Notes under the pieces: generated by a model
What the model was told of the DNA's origin: nothing
Seen by the model: the letters and a program-made list of their open reading frames with translations, nothing else
Databases searched by the model: none
Origin: Eledone cirrhosa
Taxonomy: Eukaryota
Assembly (NCBI GenBank): GCA_964016885.1
Contig: OZ024742.1
Span: forward strand, 262,012,001-262,076,000
Length of the DNA: 64,000 nucleotides
Direction of reading: 5' to 3'
Translations under genes and position numbers: made by a program
In this document: one piece after another, positions 1 through 14,900 of the stretch
Layout: each line of letters opens with the position of its first letter
Position numbering within the stretch: position 1 is the first letter of the stretch

Positions 1-316
1 AACCCTCAGGTATTTTCACCTCTGCATGCAATTCTTTTCCCTTTCCACGAGTATAAATTGACCATTCTAGTCAAGCGAACTTTCTACCTGAATATACTTT
101 GCTAAGATGATGTCTATTGCTTTCACCAAGTTGACATTATGACAAGTTCTACTCTCTACTGCATTGTCTAAAACTATTCAAAATAATTTAGATCAACTGC
201 TATTGTAGAAATTCTGTCCATCGCTTACTTTGCCAGATTTGAGCACCCCAATAAGGCATTTTGATCTTGAAATTATGAAGAAAATCTGAATCATTGAGGT
301 TTATTCATTTTAGGAT

Positions 317-2696
317 CATCATCATCATCATCATCACCGTTTTACATCCATTCTTCCACGCTAGCATAGGTTAGACGGGTTGTCCTGCTGTGGGCAGTGC
401 CCGGTCGGCTGACCATGTCTTGCTCATACGGCAACTGATTCTGGCTTGATTTCTACAGCTGGATGTCCTTCCTAACACCAACCTCATTTACAGTGACTGC
501 GGGGTGCTTTTTTTTCCGTTGCATCTCCACGACCACTTTACAGTGTGGGCTGTGTGCTTTTTTGCCGTGGCACCTCCACGACCACTTTGCAGTGGGAGGG
601 GGTGGGGACATATTGTCTATATACTTCAGCTTCGGCTTGTACCCGTGGGGAATCGGGTCTTCTGTATTACTGCGTGATGCCAGAGGTCACAGTCGTGTGT
701 CATCGCCTTTGAGAGGTGCAATTGGGTAAGGTCAGCTTTTATCACCTCATCCCAGGTCTTCTTGGGTCTCCCCACTCCGCGGCTTCCATCCACTTCTAGT
801 GCTCTGCACCTTTTTATGCAGCTGTCATCCTTCATACGCATCACATGTCCATACCAACGCAACCTCCTCTCCTGCACACAGTTTTGATTCCTCTTATGCT
901 CAGTATCTCTCTCAATTCATTTATGCTTTGCTGTTCGCGTATATTACTGTTACACATCCATCGGAGCATGCAGGCTTCGTTTCTTTCTAATCTACACAAG
1001 TCTTCTACAGACAGCGCCCAGTTCTCACTACCATGTGACATTGCTGTTCGTATACACGCATCATACAGTCTGCCTTTCATTTTGAGAGAAAAGCCTTTTG
1101 CAGCTAACAGTGGCAGTAGCTCCCTGAACTTCTTCCATCCCGTTCTTACCCTAGTTATTGTACTTTCTGAACACCCACCTCCGCTGCTAATTCGGTCACC
1201 TAGGTAGCAGAAGCTGTCTACTGTTTCTACAGAGCCCTTGCAGAGTTTGGTGGTGCTTGTTTCCTGTGGCTGTTTGCTTCTTGCTGTCCCAGCGCAGCTG
1301 CTACATGTGAAGCCTACATTCTTAATTAAGCTTCCTGAGATCCCACTACATCTCTTGTGTATCCATTGTTTGCATTTGGAGCAGAGGATGGATTTCCTAC
1401 CTACACCTTTCCTACACACTGAGCAAGGCCATTTCCCTGAGGGGATCTGGGTTCTGTTTTCTTGTCTACTTCCAAGGACCTTAGTCTTTGTCAGGTTGAC
1501 TTTGAGACCCTTTCTTTCTAGTCCCTGCTTCCATGTTTGGAATTTCTTCTCTAGTTCTACCATAGATTTAGCTATAAGTGTGAGATCATCTGCATACAGG
1601 AGTTCCCATGGGCATCCGATCTTAAACTCCTCCGTTATTGCCTGCAAAGCTATGATGAACAGGAGAGGGCTAAGAACAGAGCCCTGGTGGACACCGACCT
1701 GTATGCTAAATTCCTTGCTATAGTTGTTGCTAATCCTAACTTTGCTGACTGCTCCCCTATACATGGCTTGTACAGATTTCACAAGCCATTCATCTACTCC
1801 TAGTTTTCTAAAAGCCCACCAGATTATATCACGGGGGACTCTGTCAAAGGCTTTCTCCAGATCGACGAATGCCAGGTAGAGCGGCTTACTTTTAGCTAGG
1901 TACTTTTCCTGTAACTGCCTCACAAGGAAGAGGGCATCAGTGGTGCCTTTTCCTGGTACAAACCCAAATTGCATCTCATCTAGTTTCACCCAGTCCCTAA
2001 TCAACTGTGCTATAACTCTTTTTGTTACTTTCATGACCTGGTCCATCGGCTTTATACCTCTATAGTTTTCTCTATCTAGTGTATCACCTTTACCCTTGAA
2101 GCAGTTGACTATGATGCTGCTGCACCAATCCTTTGGTATGACACCTAGTATTACCTGGTTAACAATATGTGTGGTTATGGTGTGACCTACCGACCCAGAT
2201 GCCTTCAGCATCTCAGCAGCTATACCCGATGGACCGGTTGCCTTCCCCGTCTTCATATCTTTGATTGCCTTACTTACTACGTTGCTGCTGACTTGTACTG
2301 CTGGCCCCTCTATAGGGCCTACTTGGGGTAGGGTCTCTTTTTCCCATGCATTCTCCTCATTTAGTAATCTTTCATAATGGCTCTTCCACACATCTTTCTT
2401 CTTCAAGCTCACCATCATCATTCCGAATACACTTCTCTCCAGTGACATCACAATTCTCTCTGACACATTGCCTCGCAATCTTGAACATCTCCTGTTTCTG
2501 GTCCTCACGTTGCAAAACATGCTTGAATTTTCTATCCTCTGCTTCCCTTCTAGCTAAGTATTCTTGTCGCCTTCCATTCTTTCCATGCCAGTCTCTTAGC
2601 CTTAACTGCCTCATCTACCTTATTGTTCCACCACCAAGTCACTCTCCTCCTGCCTGTGGTCTTGCTCCAACCACAGATCTCGTCTGTTGCCTTTAG
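317..2696 (-). mobile_element. 5'-truncated RTE-type non-LTR retrotransposon, RT with PHD-like finger, (GAT)n tail
   Basis: ORF 841-2520 has RT motifs NYRGIK, QFGF, FVDLEKAFDRVP, GVHQGSVLSPLLF, LYADD and YLG. The adjacent frames 2372-2614 and 626-877 (RLRWYGHVMR..GRPKKTW) are joined by frameshifts. The 3' UTR ends in (CAT)n on the + strand at ~317-336. Confidence 0.92.
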
Positions 2697-2952
2697 TAAG
2701 TTAGTATATTATATATGTCTGTGTTTATGTTAACTGTTTGTTTATGTCTTGTAACTTACAAATTCATTAAAAAGATATCAATAAAATAGGTACCAGGCAT
2801 GAAAAATAATAAGTACTGGATTCAGTGTGGTGCCACAGCATGGTCACAGTTTGATGGCTGAAACAAGTAAAAATAAAAAATAAAACAATTGCCTTTGTAC
2901 CTAGCTAAATAAAAAATCTAATCTATTTTCCTTTTGTTTTCTAATTTGGCAG

Positions 2953-5900
2953 GTCAACCAATCAATATACCAAATATTTATGTTAAATTCAGGCCACATC
3001 ATTATTGTGTATGAGAATGGTTCCATTGAGTTTCTTATCCACTCAGAATCCTGTAAAGGACAGCTTTCTGCCATTGATAAGTTAAAATGGTGCTGGGCAG
3101 GTTCTGATGTCCATTCAATATTTGTTATTCTTGTGACAGAAAACCAAACAGTAAGTGTGTGTGTGTTAATAATTCTTTTAACTGTAATGATTTAGCATAA
3201 AATATTTTAAAATGGGTTTGTTAATTCGAATGTTAATGTGTGTGTGTAGCAGGAGAATCAACAAGAAGGAAAAGAGTGCTCTATTATATAAAAACAGGTA
3301 ATTCATGATAAACCATACAGTTGAAAATGTTATGATACTAGCTTAATTTGCAAATTGTTGTCTGGAAAAGCTTGCTTTTCTTCGGGTGTCAAATTTAAAA
3401 TGTCTGAACCAGTCTTCAATATAAGGTCTATTGGGAAGGAAGGTAGGTTTTTACAGATTGTGATTTTCCAATCAAAGCCTAGCTATGAAACCTAAGGTAG
3501 CATTATAAATTTTTCGATTGTACAATTCATAATTATATATATATATATACCAAGTTAAAATACCATAACATATATGTATGAAGCTTATGTTTCTCAGCAG
3601 AAAAACTCAAAGGATGTTTGTCCAGAGTATCAATAATTTAAATTAAAAGATATATGTATATATATCGAGAGAAAGAGCTATATACCATTAGAGAAACTTA
3701 GTATTTTGTAGATATATACATAAAGCATTCAAGATTTAGGAAAGAGTTCTTGTTTTCCTTACGGTCACCGTTTCATAGTTGGTAAACCGAAACAAAAGTC
3801 AATCTAAGCAATCGATTTTGTTAAAGCTACAGAAGATGCAAAGTGGAATCATCTTTGGATAAATTCTGGTCAGGTACAAAGCACTTTTATATCTGTTGGG
3901 ATCAAAAAGGCAGCATGGCGTGAAGAATGTTTTAACTGTTGTGTCAGATGCAAATAGGACTGGATGTCATATCTGCTAGTTACTATTGTGGGAACCAACT
4001 CAAGGGAGATGCAATAGAGACAAACATGCTCGAACTTTCATTGATCAACTCTCAGACACTACAAACTTCAGTAGGGAGCAGTTGCTTGGAGTAATGGAAA
4101 ATTGTGAATTGTGGAGATTTTGTCAGGAGTGTTCAACTGTGGTCTCAATAATGATTTATGTATTACATCTTATAGTGAATATTATGTAGACATCTCTTTC
4201 TCTCTCTCTCATATAAATGCTTCTATGAAAATATTTTCCATTCCTCAGCAGTGGACCCTATGGATTTACCAATATTCACTGGACCACAGCACATGGCATA
4301 CCAACTCAGTAACTCTTCCAGACACAGAAGGCAATTTAATCACTTGTTGCTGTAATCTCAGTACATCAAGCAGACTGACTTTCTACTCCTTATGTAAGTA
4401 AACATCTTTCAGCATCATCACCCTCATACATCCACTATTCATGCTCACATACGTTGTGAAGGCATATGATTTAATGGATAGGGTATTAGACTCACAATCA
4501 TGGGTTCAGTTCCTGGACTGGACAATATATTATGTCCTTGAGTAAGGCACTTCATTTCATGTTGGTCCATTTCATGTTCAGGGGGGAAAATAAATACTAG
4601 CTACAGTTGAGAGTTAATCCCTTTAACAAACTGGCATCTGGTCATTGGTGTTGTTTTTTCCTGATAGGACTGTTTCCTTACCTGGTGCCTTTAGTTAGTT
4701 CACTCTGTTGCATGCATTTGAATTAGGTTTCTGCTTTGAGGATAGTGAAGACATATTGCCAAGTGGTTAGGGTTTGGGACTAAAAATCATAAGGTCATGA
4801 GTTTCATTTCTCAACCAGGCAGCTCATTGTGTTCTTGAATAAGATACTTCATTTCACATTGCTTTTCATGATAGGATTGGGGGGTTCAATCATTAAAACA
4901 CCCAAGAAATCTCTAAGATGCAACCTCATAAGAGACTAGCTAAATTTGCCTAGGTGTGAGCTGAAACCACATCTTATATCTGTGAGCTGTAACCACATCT
5001 TAGATACTTGCTATGAGATGCATCCATGTTGAGGACCAGCTAAACCTACATATGTGAAGCTCCTATCATTTAAAAAAAAACATACTTATAACATTAGTTA
5101 TCATTATGAATTTTTGAAAATATTTCCATCAATTCTGTACCTTTTCTTGGAGAGCATCCAAAAAGAAACATTTTAATATCTCATTTGTGGAATTTGGATG
5201 AATATTTTAGGAAATATGACAATTTGAATGGTTAGCGAATTGGTCGAAATCTTACCTTATTAAGCCAAAATGAATAATTAGCCATATTTGTGATGTCATA
5301 TTTTTGAAAGTGAGGTGGTGATCTGCAAATTACACAAATTAAATAGTGTCCATGGGATAACAGTTACCTATTTCTTTTCAGGTTCTTATAAATGAAACTT
5401 TTCTTTTCGGGCAATCTTTTAAATATTTATGTAAAGCTTATTTTGTTGCATTAGCAAATAGTTGATTTCGTGACATGAACGTAAGCTTTTCATGTGTTTT
5501 CAGACCTAGCTAAATCCAAAAGTGCAAGCCACAGGGATTTGAGTTTTAGCACATTTCAAATAAAGCAAAAGAAGTCCTCTTCATGATTCATTTTCAACAC
5601 AAATCAAGTTATAGTGCTCCAGTGCATTGAACAAGAATTAGCGTTCAGCAATAAAAAACGAAAATGGGACAAACATTGTAAATGTGTGGAAATACGAAGG
5701 TAATTAAGGGGATCTGGCATGATATGTAAGAGTCACATTTTGATCAAAAGTATATGAGAAAAAAGTTCACATCCAGAACTTTCAAATGATATATAATTGT
5801 CCACAGAAAAAATGTATTTTGACATAAAAATGTTCAAGCAAAAAGTGGATTTTTCTGTAGTCAAACTGTGCTTGGAGCTCTAATGTGATACCTAATAAGA

Positions 5901-8900
5901 TACAACCTTAAAAGAGGTTAGCTAAACCTGCATTGTTGAAATTTGTAATAATATGATAGGAGCCTACCTGCATTGTTGAAATTTGTAATAATATGATAGG
6001 AGCCTATCATTAAAACATCCAAGAAATGTAAGAAAATATTTTTTTCCTGGTTTAAGGTTACATTCCTCTCTCTCGTGTTCACCAGAGGCCCTGAAAACAT
6101 CATGATGGTGCCTTTCTCTCCTTGATTAAAATTTGTTTTTGTTTTTTAAATTGAAACATTACTCTGAACTGATATGTTCCTATTACCAGGGTCCACAAAA
6201 CATGTCTTCAAGACTGACATGACATTTAAATCTCTGCTCCACACCAAGAAACTCTATTTGCTCAGCTCTGTATCAGAAAAATCTGCATCAATGGTAACAC
6301 TTGATCCAAACCATTTTGCTGTTGTTCCCGTGAAGACAGATAATCAAGGTAGATAATATTTTGTTTGGTTTATATTTGTGAATGCATGTTATGGAATGGA
6401 ACTCCTCCATCAGTTTTGACAATGAGTGTTGCAGTTGTTTGCATGGAATTAATGTGCAAGTCGCTAGGTATTCGACAGACACATGTACTCTTAACATAAA
6501 TCTCAGACTGTTTTAGTGTAACACAGCGTATGACAAAACTGGCCTATTGAATTACAGGTACATATCATCCAATAGGCTTTGGTTGAGCCAAGGCTATGGT
6601 AAATGATATTTGCCCAAGATGCCACACAATGAAATCAAACCCAGGACTTAATAATTGCAAAGCAAACTCTCTAACTAGTCGGCCATGTTATATGCGCATA
6701 TATGTAAATGTGTGTAGTGTTGTGTAGTGTTGAATATGAGGGAATAGGTATTGAAATTGCCAGCTATGCAGTGAAAATGGTTGAAGGTAACAAAACCATA
6801 CCTCTATCTACCTACTCTTGAATAATATGTAAATGAAACAATGCTACACTTTCTGCACAAGCTTCCCATAACAATCACAGGTTATCTCATGGTTGTGCAA
6901 ATGTTAGGTACTGGTTAAACATTGAAAAATATGTCAGCGAGCACATGCTACTATCAATTATTTTGTTTCAGCCTGTGAGTTAGAATGACTGGAATTTTAT
7001 TTAGCTTGGAAAGAACACTGAGGTAATTTGAAATATGAAATGGAATTCATCAATTGTCTCAAAGACATGACAACTTCCCTGGTGCCACAATAAAATGCAC
7101 TTAGTGAACTCTCTAGAAGAAGGGAATGCATGCAAGCAAAATGTGGGGCCATGGTCTGCTTGGGAGGCCAGTAGCTCCAATTAAGTATTGACTCAGTCTG
7201 TGGTGACATGTACAACTAACTTTGCTAGCAGAGAAAAATGTTAAATGATGATGTAGTTGACTTATTTGTTTGTTGTTCTACTGAACCATATTACCACCAC
7301 TCCCAATAATTTTTCTTTAACATTCCATCAATTTACAATATTATTTAACAGATGTATGCTAAAGAACCCTCTCTAATGGTATGGACATTATTTATATCAT
7401 GACTTATTGTCAGAGTTATTAGAGTATCAAACTAAATGCTTAACTCTACACTTCAAATCCTGCAGTAGATTTGCAAAGTGTTGGATGGGTTGTTTTGCTA
7501 TATCTGATCCAACTGTGCACTGGAATCTGATCAGGCTTCTGCCAGAAGTTGTGACCAGCAACTAGTATCAGCAGTGGAAAGATGAATGGCAGATGGGAGG
7601 ATAAGGACGTCTTCCTTAGGAGTCACCATCACTTGATAGAGTGATGATCACATATGCTAAATTATTACAGGATGTTAAGAGTTAAATCAATAGTGTTACA
7701 GTGATCAGATTAAGCTTGCATCAGGCCCCTGGCTGAAAATTTCATTGAGGCCCTATTTGCAAAAATATTTATCTGGGGCCCTATAAATATGGAAACCCTG
7801 GCTTGCAGGCCAGTTTGCTCCCTTCCCCTATATCCAACACTGGCAGTAATGGTAATGTTAAGTATTAAGTTGAAATTTTTTTTTTCAAATTACTTAAGTA
7901 ATTGTTTTCACTTTTTCTTTGTCAGAGGGCATCGGTATCTTTGATGCTCACTTTGGAACAATGACAGCATGGCAACCAATACCACAATCAATTCTGGCCC
8001 AACCAAAAGTAAACTATACTTCCTTTGTACTTTTGTTTTCATTTCTTGTTGTTTACTTTCTATTAGACTGAAGAAGGTGTAACTTGGTTTATGTTGATGG
8101 CTGCTAGGCTTAATATTCAGATTGAATTGTGAAGTATTCACTACCCTCTGTTCATTCAAGGCAACATTACCAAGAAGGGGAATAAAAAAGAGAGAGCAAT
8201 GACAGAAGAAGGGATGTAAGGGTGTGATAGCAATAACTGAATGAATTGTAGTGAGAGGGTGACAGGAAGGAGAAATGAAAGAGAGAGAGATAGTATTAAA
8301 GGAGGTATTAGAAGAGTGGGGGAATGTTGAATTGTAATAAAAAACACAACTTCACAGATAATTCTGGGCTCAAATGTACACCACAACCTCACATCAGATA
8401 ATTCCAGGCTCAAAATAACACTACAGCCTCACATCAGATAGTTCCTAGCTCTTTACAAACAATGTAATTTGTTCAAATAAAGCATTAATCGGAAACAGTT
8501 AAATAGCAATTATTTACTCAAAATACATATAATACCTGCATATCGTCAGGAATTACAAAAAGGGATAAAGTTTAAGCAAATACAAATTATGAATATTAAG
8601 AATAGATACTATATCAAATGTTGGACATTGGCAAACATTTAACGAAGACAGTACATGAACTGGTTTTAACGTAAGAGATTGTGTTTATAGGTTGAAGTAA
8701 AAGGCATTACTTTGTAATTATTAATAAAACTATTATTATTTCTTGTAGTAGTTAGAAGAATATTAGTTAGTGATTAAATGATATACATAGAAAGGAGTGG
8801 GAAAAGCAGGAAGCAGGAAGTTCAGAGGCCGCAGTAAGATTTTCGCGTAAATAGATATATAATATGTAGGAAAGATGTGATTATCATTAATATTAGTCAG

Positions 8901-11900
8901 GTTGAAAGTTCAAATAAAAATGGAGAGCTGAAGTAGTTGACATCATATTCTGTTGGTAGTTATAAGCATTCGAAATTTTGATTTCACATGACAAACTCAA
9001 AACTGGGAAGCGGTGTCGTTGAATTTAGTGGTGTTTTTCCTTAAAGTAGCCAGTTAAATATTTGCCCTGAGTTACAGCGTAACTAAATATAATTATATTT
9101 ATATTTATATTTGCAACCTTATAAGTATATACAGCCATATGAGACTTAGTTGTTATTAAATTGAGGTCTGTTTGCTAGGTTTATAGTTAAAGTACACCTA
9201 TATTGCATGCAATTTCAGGATATATGGATCGAGTACAGCCACAAGCATTTTGAAAAAGATACATATATACATACACATACATCTACACACATATACGTAT
9301 ACACACACGCACGCACGCGCGTGTGTGTGTGTGTATATGTGCGTAGCCATAGGTATAATGTGGATAGATCAGTATTGTAAATGCTAAAAAGTTTACCCTT
9401 CTGTGGTCATATTTCTAATGAAAGACACTGCATTTGATTTTCAGATAATATTGAAAATAATCAACTATTTGATGGCATATAATAATCTAACTAACTTTCT
9501 CATTAAGCTAATATTTGGAGCATAGCTTAACTAAAGTTCTTATATAAAATGTTGCTGGCAGGTTTTTAGATAAATATAATCACTTTAAAGTAAACAGCTT
9601 TGTATGGTAGAACAAAGAGTGGTTTGGTATTCAAAAGATTAAAGATGTCTTCAATTTTGCATTATTTTTCAGCTTTTCTTGAGTAATGGTCACCTGTTCA
9701 CTGCATGTGATAAAGATTTACTTGCTTACTCTTACCACTTACAAACTTCAACTCTGTCCAACCTGCTGTGCAATACATATCAGCTTGCACATGATCAAAA
9801 CCTTTTGCAAGTTATACCAATGCATACCAAGTGGGATGCTGAGTCAACATATGTAAGTAGATTTCCAGTTATTTTTACTCTTTATCATAATTGTGATGGT
9901 GGGTTGGTAGTATCAGTGGAGAGTTAGACAACATGCTTTGTGGCATAGTTACGGCCCATTGCATTCTGAGTTCAAATCCTGGCGAGGTTGGCTTTGCTTT
10001 TCATCCTTACAGGGTCAATAAAATAAAGTGCCTGTTATGCACTGGGGTTGATTTAATTGACTTCCTCACTTCCCTTGAAATTGTTGGCCTTGGGCCAAAA
10101 GTAGAAACTATTATCATTATTCTGGTGGTGGATAGGCAGAATCAGTAGAACATTGGACATGCTTTGCGGCATAGTTACAGCCCTTTACATTCTGAGTTCA
10201 AATCCCACTGAAGTTAGCTTTGCCTTCCATCCTTACGGGGTTGATTTAATCGACTTTCCCCACCACTCCCAAAAATTGTTGGTCTTGTGCCTAAATCAGA
10301 AACCATTATAAAGGCAGTGAAGAGACTGTTGTTAAAACGTGAAGCAAATGTTTAGCAGTATTTGTTCTGACTCTTTATATTCTGAGGTCAACTTTGTCCT
10401 TCATCCTTCCAGGGGTCAATAAAAATACTACTTAAATACTTGGGATCGATATAATTGACTTTCAGTTCCCCCTCAAAATTGCTAGCCTTGTGCCAAAATT
10501 AAAAGGCGCTATTATTGTTATTTGAAACACTGATGGTTGTGAGGTTAAGGTGATAGAGTACTAACAACAAAGCCATAAGCCCAGATTTTATTATAGCCAT
10601 TGTGCTGATTCCCCCTAGACAAGATGCTTACCTCATTCTGTAGGGTGGCAGTTGGAGTACAGTAATCTATCGCACATTAACCCTTTTGATACCAACCTGC
10701 CCAGAATGACCTATTCTTGTTACCATGTCTGTGATAGCACATGACTTCTCTAGATAAACAATTTTCAGAATTATTCTGACATTTTTCAACACAAAGTTTG
10801 TGCTTTCTGAATTTTAGAATATTTTTTTCTACATTATAATTTGAAATTGTTCTATTATTGTTTATGTTTAAAATAAAATGGAAACCAGCCTCACATTTAC
10901 TAGCAATGGCTGAATTTGAAGTATTTTCGAAAGAAGCTGGAAAGGCAAGTGAAGGCTTTAAACAAAACCACGTGAAAAATTTAAAATTGAATATCTCAAT
11001 TACAGATACTGACTCTGATTATAACAGCAGTGATAGGGATAAAAAAAGGGATATTTTCCAAGAAGAATATAGTGAAAATTTGAAAAAATACTCTTCAAAA
11101 TTTTCTGAAAAGAAAGGACTTAATCACATTCGTTTTATTTTTTCAACTTGAAATGTTCTAGGCAATAACAACAGAAACTAATCACCACACAGAATGTAAA
11201 CAAGCTGAGAAGAGAGATCAATTAGGGTTTCCTACAAAGGAGGAAATTCAGTCATTCTCTGCTATCAATATTATAATGAGCATTAAGGGCAGTAGATTGG
11301 TAGTATCGGTAGAGGGTTGGACACCATGCTTTGTATCATAGAGTTGCGTCCCTTTACAGTCTGAGTTCAAATCCCGCCGAGGTTAACTTTGCCTTTCATC
11401 CTTACGGGGTCGATAAAATAAAGTACCAGTAATACTCTGGGATAATTGATGGCTTTGTGCCAAAAGTAGAAACAATTATTAGGAAGCTGTCCAGGATAAT
11501 TAACAACTAGAATACAGATGAACCTTTTGGTGACCCCTATGTTTCCAGCATCATGACCCAAACACATTTCATAAAACTTTGTCAATATTTCCACATAGAA
11601 GACACTAGCAGTACACCAGTATGTGAAGATGTAGTCTATGACCTTTTATTTAAAATAAGACCCCATATATTAATAAGGCCATATATTTTGTCCAGTTTTT
11701 TTTTGTTTAGTACAACTTGTGGTGGACTTAGCTGTAGAAATATATTTGTGTGCCATAGTCAATGCAAATAGAAAATGGCTGCTGTTAAGTGGAAATACTA
11801 TCCAATGGCAGAAAGAACATTTACTAATGACTGCATACAAGGATAAGGAGCAAATTAATTTTCTATCCACATGTGGATGGAAATAGCACACCATTTGTAA

Positions 11901-14900
11901 ACCAAGATTGTAACCGTTTAATCCCTTTAGCATTTACATTATATTTTACTCTATATTTACTATTATCTTTTCATGTAAAGGCTTTATCTTACATAGTTAT
12001 CTCACATAATATTGAATCTATGAGATTTTGATATTATTTATGTTGAGAACAATACCTTATCATCAGTATGAGCAGCTAGTTACAGATGGTTGGAACAGAA
12101 AGAGGTGAGAGAATTCTGGCCAGATACAGCCAATTTAAATGTTAAAGGGTTCATGTTGGTGAAGATATGTAACAATTCACCAGGTATTGAAAAGTGTTGC
12201 AACCATGTGCAGTTTTGAGCAGGTGTTGCAATACATTTGAGGGTAAGGTATTCTTTTAGAAAAATATCTTTTGGTAAGGAAGCAAAAGCCTGCAAGAGGA
12301 ACATCTCTCTAAATTCATCTTATCTACATAAAATTGAAATACTTTAAAGCAAACAGTTTTATGTTATGAAACTAGGACCAGTTTCAGGTCGTTTGATATC
12401 AAAAGTCTTAAAAGATATCTGAGGTTGATGTGTATATTTTAAACATTAGGTTGATAACACACACACACACATATACCATCATTGAATCTATTATTGTCTA
12501 TATTCTCTTTTCTTTTTACTCTTACAGTCAGATGATAAAATAGATGATGCTGAAAGGATACAAAAATTGTTTACAGAATTATATGGTTTGCAACAAGTAA
12601 GGAAACATTTACTATTTCAGTAAATTATTATTCTTTTCTTCAGCATTAAAGCATCATATTAAATGCCCTGGTATTTGTTCTGATCCCTCTACATTCTGAG
12701 TTTAAATCCTGTGAGGTGTGATGAGGGAATAAAACTGATATAACTATAAGTTAGTGTGAGAACTATACATTAGAAAAAGGTTTGTGGAGGAAAATTTACC
12801 TTATTCCTACCATATTCTTATTCAATATCATCAAATCTATCTATTTACCTACAACAAAGACGTAAAATAAGCTTTGTGAATGATTATTAACACACATAAT
12901 GAATTGGCAATGTACTTAGGGTGTCAGAGTAAATGCCTTGGTATATGTTCCAGCTTTCTGCATTCTGAGTTCAAATCATACTGGAGTCAACTTTACCTTT
13001 CATCCTTTGGTGGGGGCAATAAATACAATACCAGCCCAAGGGTAGTGAATTGGCTGAATTGTTAAAGATCCAGACAGGATGCTTTGCAATACCTAATCTA
13101 ACTCTACTTTCTAAGTTCAAATCCTGTCTTATGTTTCAAGTGTTGGATTAACGATCATTAAGTCATGGGTTCGATTCCTTAAATAAGCAACACCTCATGT
13201 TCTTAAACAAGATGCTTCATTTTACATTGCTTTTCATGATACACCGAAGAAACCTTGTATGAGATGCAGCACATAGTAGGCCAGCTAAATGTGCATAAGT
13301 GATAGCTATAAATTTCATTATATATTTTCTCTGAAAGCACTTCAGCCAGTTGTTGTTTTTTTTTTATTAAGGCTGCTAGAATTTAGTTTTAATTTACTTA
13401 ATTCTTAATTACAGCCAAAATGCATAAACATTTTTGATGCTTGTTCCACAAAACCAGCTCTGATTCTATAAAACAGAATCACTTATATTAAAAGTTTCTT
13501 ATTTAAATTAAAATCTTCAAACCTAATTTTATATTAAAAACATGTTACGTTATGAAAGAAGTTTAGAGAGTTGTTACTACTGCTGACAACAGAGAGCGTT
13601 TCTCTAAGAGTGAAGGTTAGACTGTATGATGCATGTGTGTGAATTGCAATGCTATATGGCAGTGAAACATAAGCTTCGACTGCAGAAGACCTGCGGAGAG
13701 TAGAAAGAAACAAATCGAGTATGCTGCAATGAATGTGTAATGTTAGTAAACTAAGAGAAAAACTTGGCATAAGAGGAATTGGAAGCAGCTTGCAAGAAAG
13801 AAGACTGTTGATATGGACATCTGATGCGCATGTAAGATAACAGCTGCATAAAAAAATACAGAGAAACTCAGTGGAAAAGGCAGATCTAGGAAGACATGGG
13901 ATTAAGTTGTGAAGACCATCAAGTCCACATTATATACAAATGAACATGTCTAAAAATGTATTCTTTGCAAAAATCTATAAATAAGCTGGCCTTAAAAAAA
14001 CTAATCCTCATAACAGAAATGACAAAGAACCAAGAGTGTATTTCATGAGAAATATGGTCACAAAGGGGCTAAGTTAAGTGAACTATAGATAGGGAAAACA
14101 TTGACAATACTCTATTCAAGCTTGTCTCTACTAAAAATATCTGTAGCTCCAGCTATAAATAATTATTAATTACAGACCTCACACCTTAGATAGGATTAGC
14201 CATATAGAAGCACTTTATTTTTATGTAGTCTAGCTGTTTGTTGTATAGAGATCACTCCAGTTATAATTGGATTGAGAAATATACTAACGTAGTTAATTAG
14301 TAGTTGCACTAACATAATATGATTTATATTTATAGAGAGATATACAGATGTCTCACTGTAGGGATGTCAAGCTTTGATCAGATCACAGCTACCTCAGTAA
14401 CCATGTGAGAATTTCAAACAAGTGTTTTCGGATCTTTAGCCATCATCATTGACATCTACTTGATACTGAGGCAGATAAGTTAATAGCTTATTTATAGATT
14501 TTTGCAAAGAATACATTTTTAGACATGCTCATTTGTATATAATGTGGACTTGATGGTCTGGTATTAATTAGTAGCACTAACACAGTGTGATACAAAGAGG
14601 CATATATGGAAGCATATGCAATATGTTTATGTATAATAAATGTACATATGTCTCACTAGGTAGTGTAGTTGTATACAAATCACATCAGTGAGCGAGAAAA
14701 AAATAATGTATTTTAACCCTTTTGTTACTATATTTCTAAAGAATGACGCTGCCTGAGATATTCAAATAATTTTGAAAATAATCAAGTACTTGGGGAGATT
14801 TTGTGGTATAAATAACTTTTATGTTATTAAGCTAGTGTTTGGAACGTAACTTAATGCATGTTCTCATGTAAAATTATGTTTTTAGATCAACATAATTTTG

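Noticed and set aside
1-300. Possible further NOL11 exon or LINE fragment
   Set aside because: No convincing splice-bounded frame; only a faint RT-like string on the minus strand.
845-1723. Long plus-strand ORFs (120 aa, 161 aa)
   Set aside because: They are antisense shadows of the RTE ORF.
4458-4530. tRNA gene candidates at SINE heads (also 39910 and 63391)
   Set aside because: No complete cloverleaf, and each continues into a SINE body.
8345-8450. Three ~39-bp imperfect repeats (CRISPR-like spacing)
   Set aside because: Contiguous minisatellite without unique spacers, in a eukaryotic intron, with no cas genes.
8490-8560. Minus-strand CTGACGA followed by a hairpin
   Set aside because: No GAAA or stem III in register, so a hammerhead cannot be supported.
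14415-14455. Minus-strand ATGATGA-TGG..CC-GAAA hammerhead-like string
   Set aside because: The core C is missing and stems I and III do not pair.
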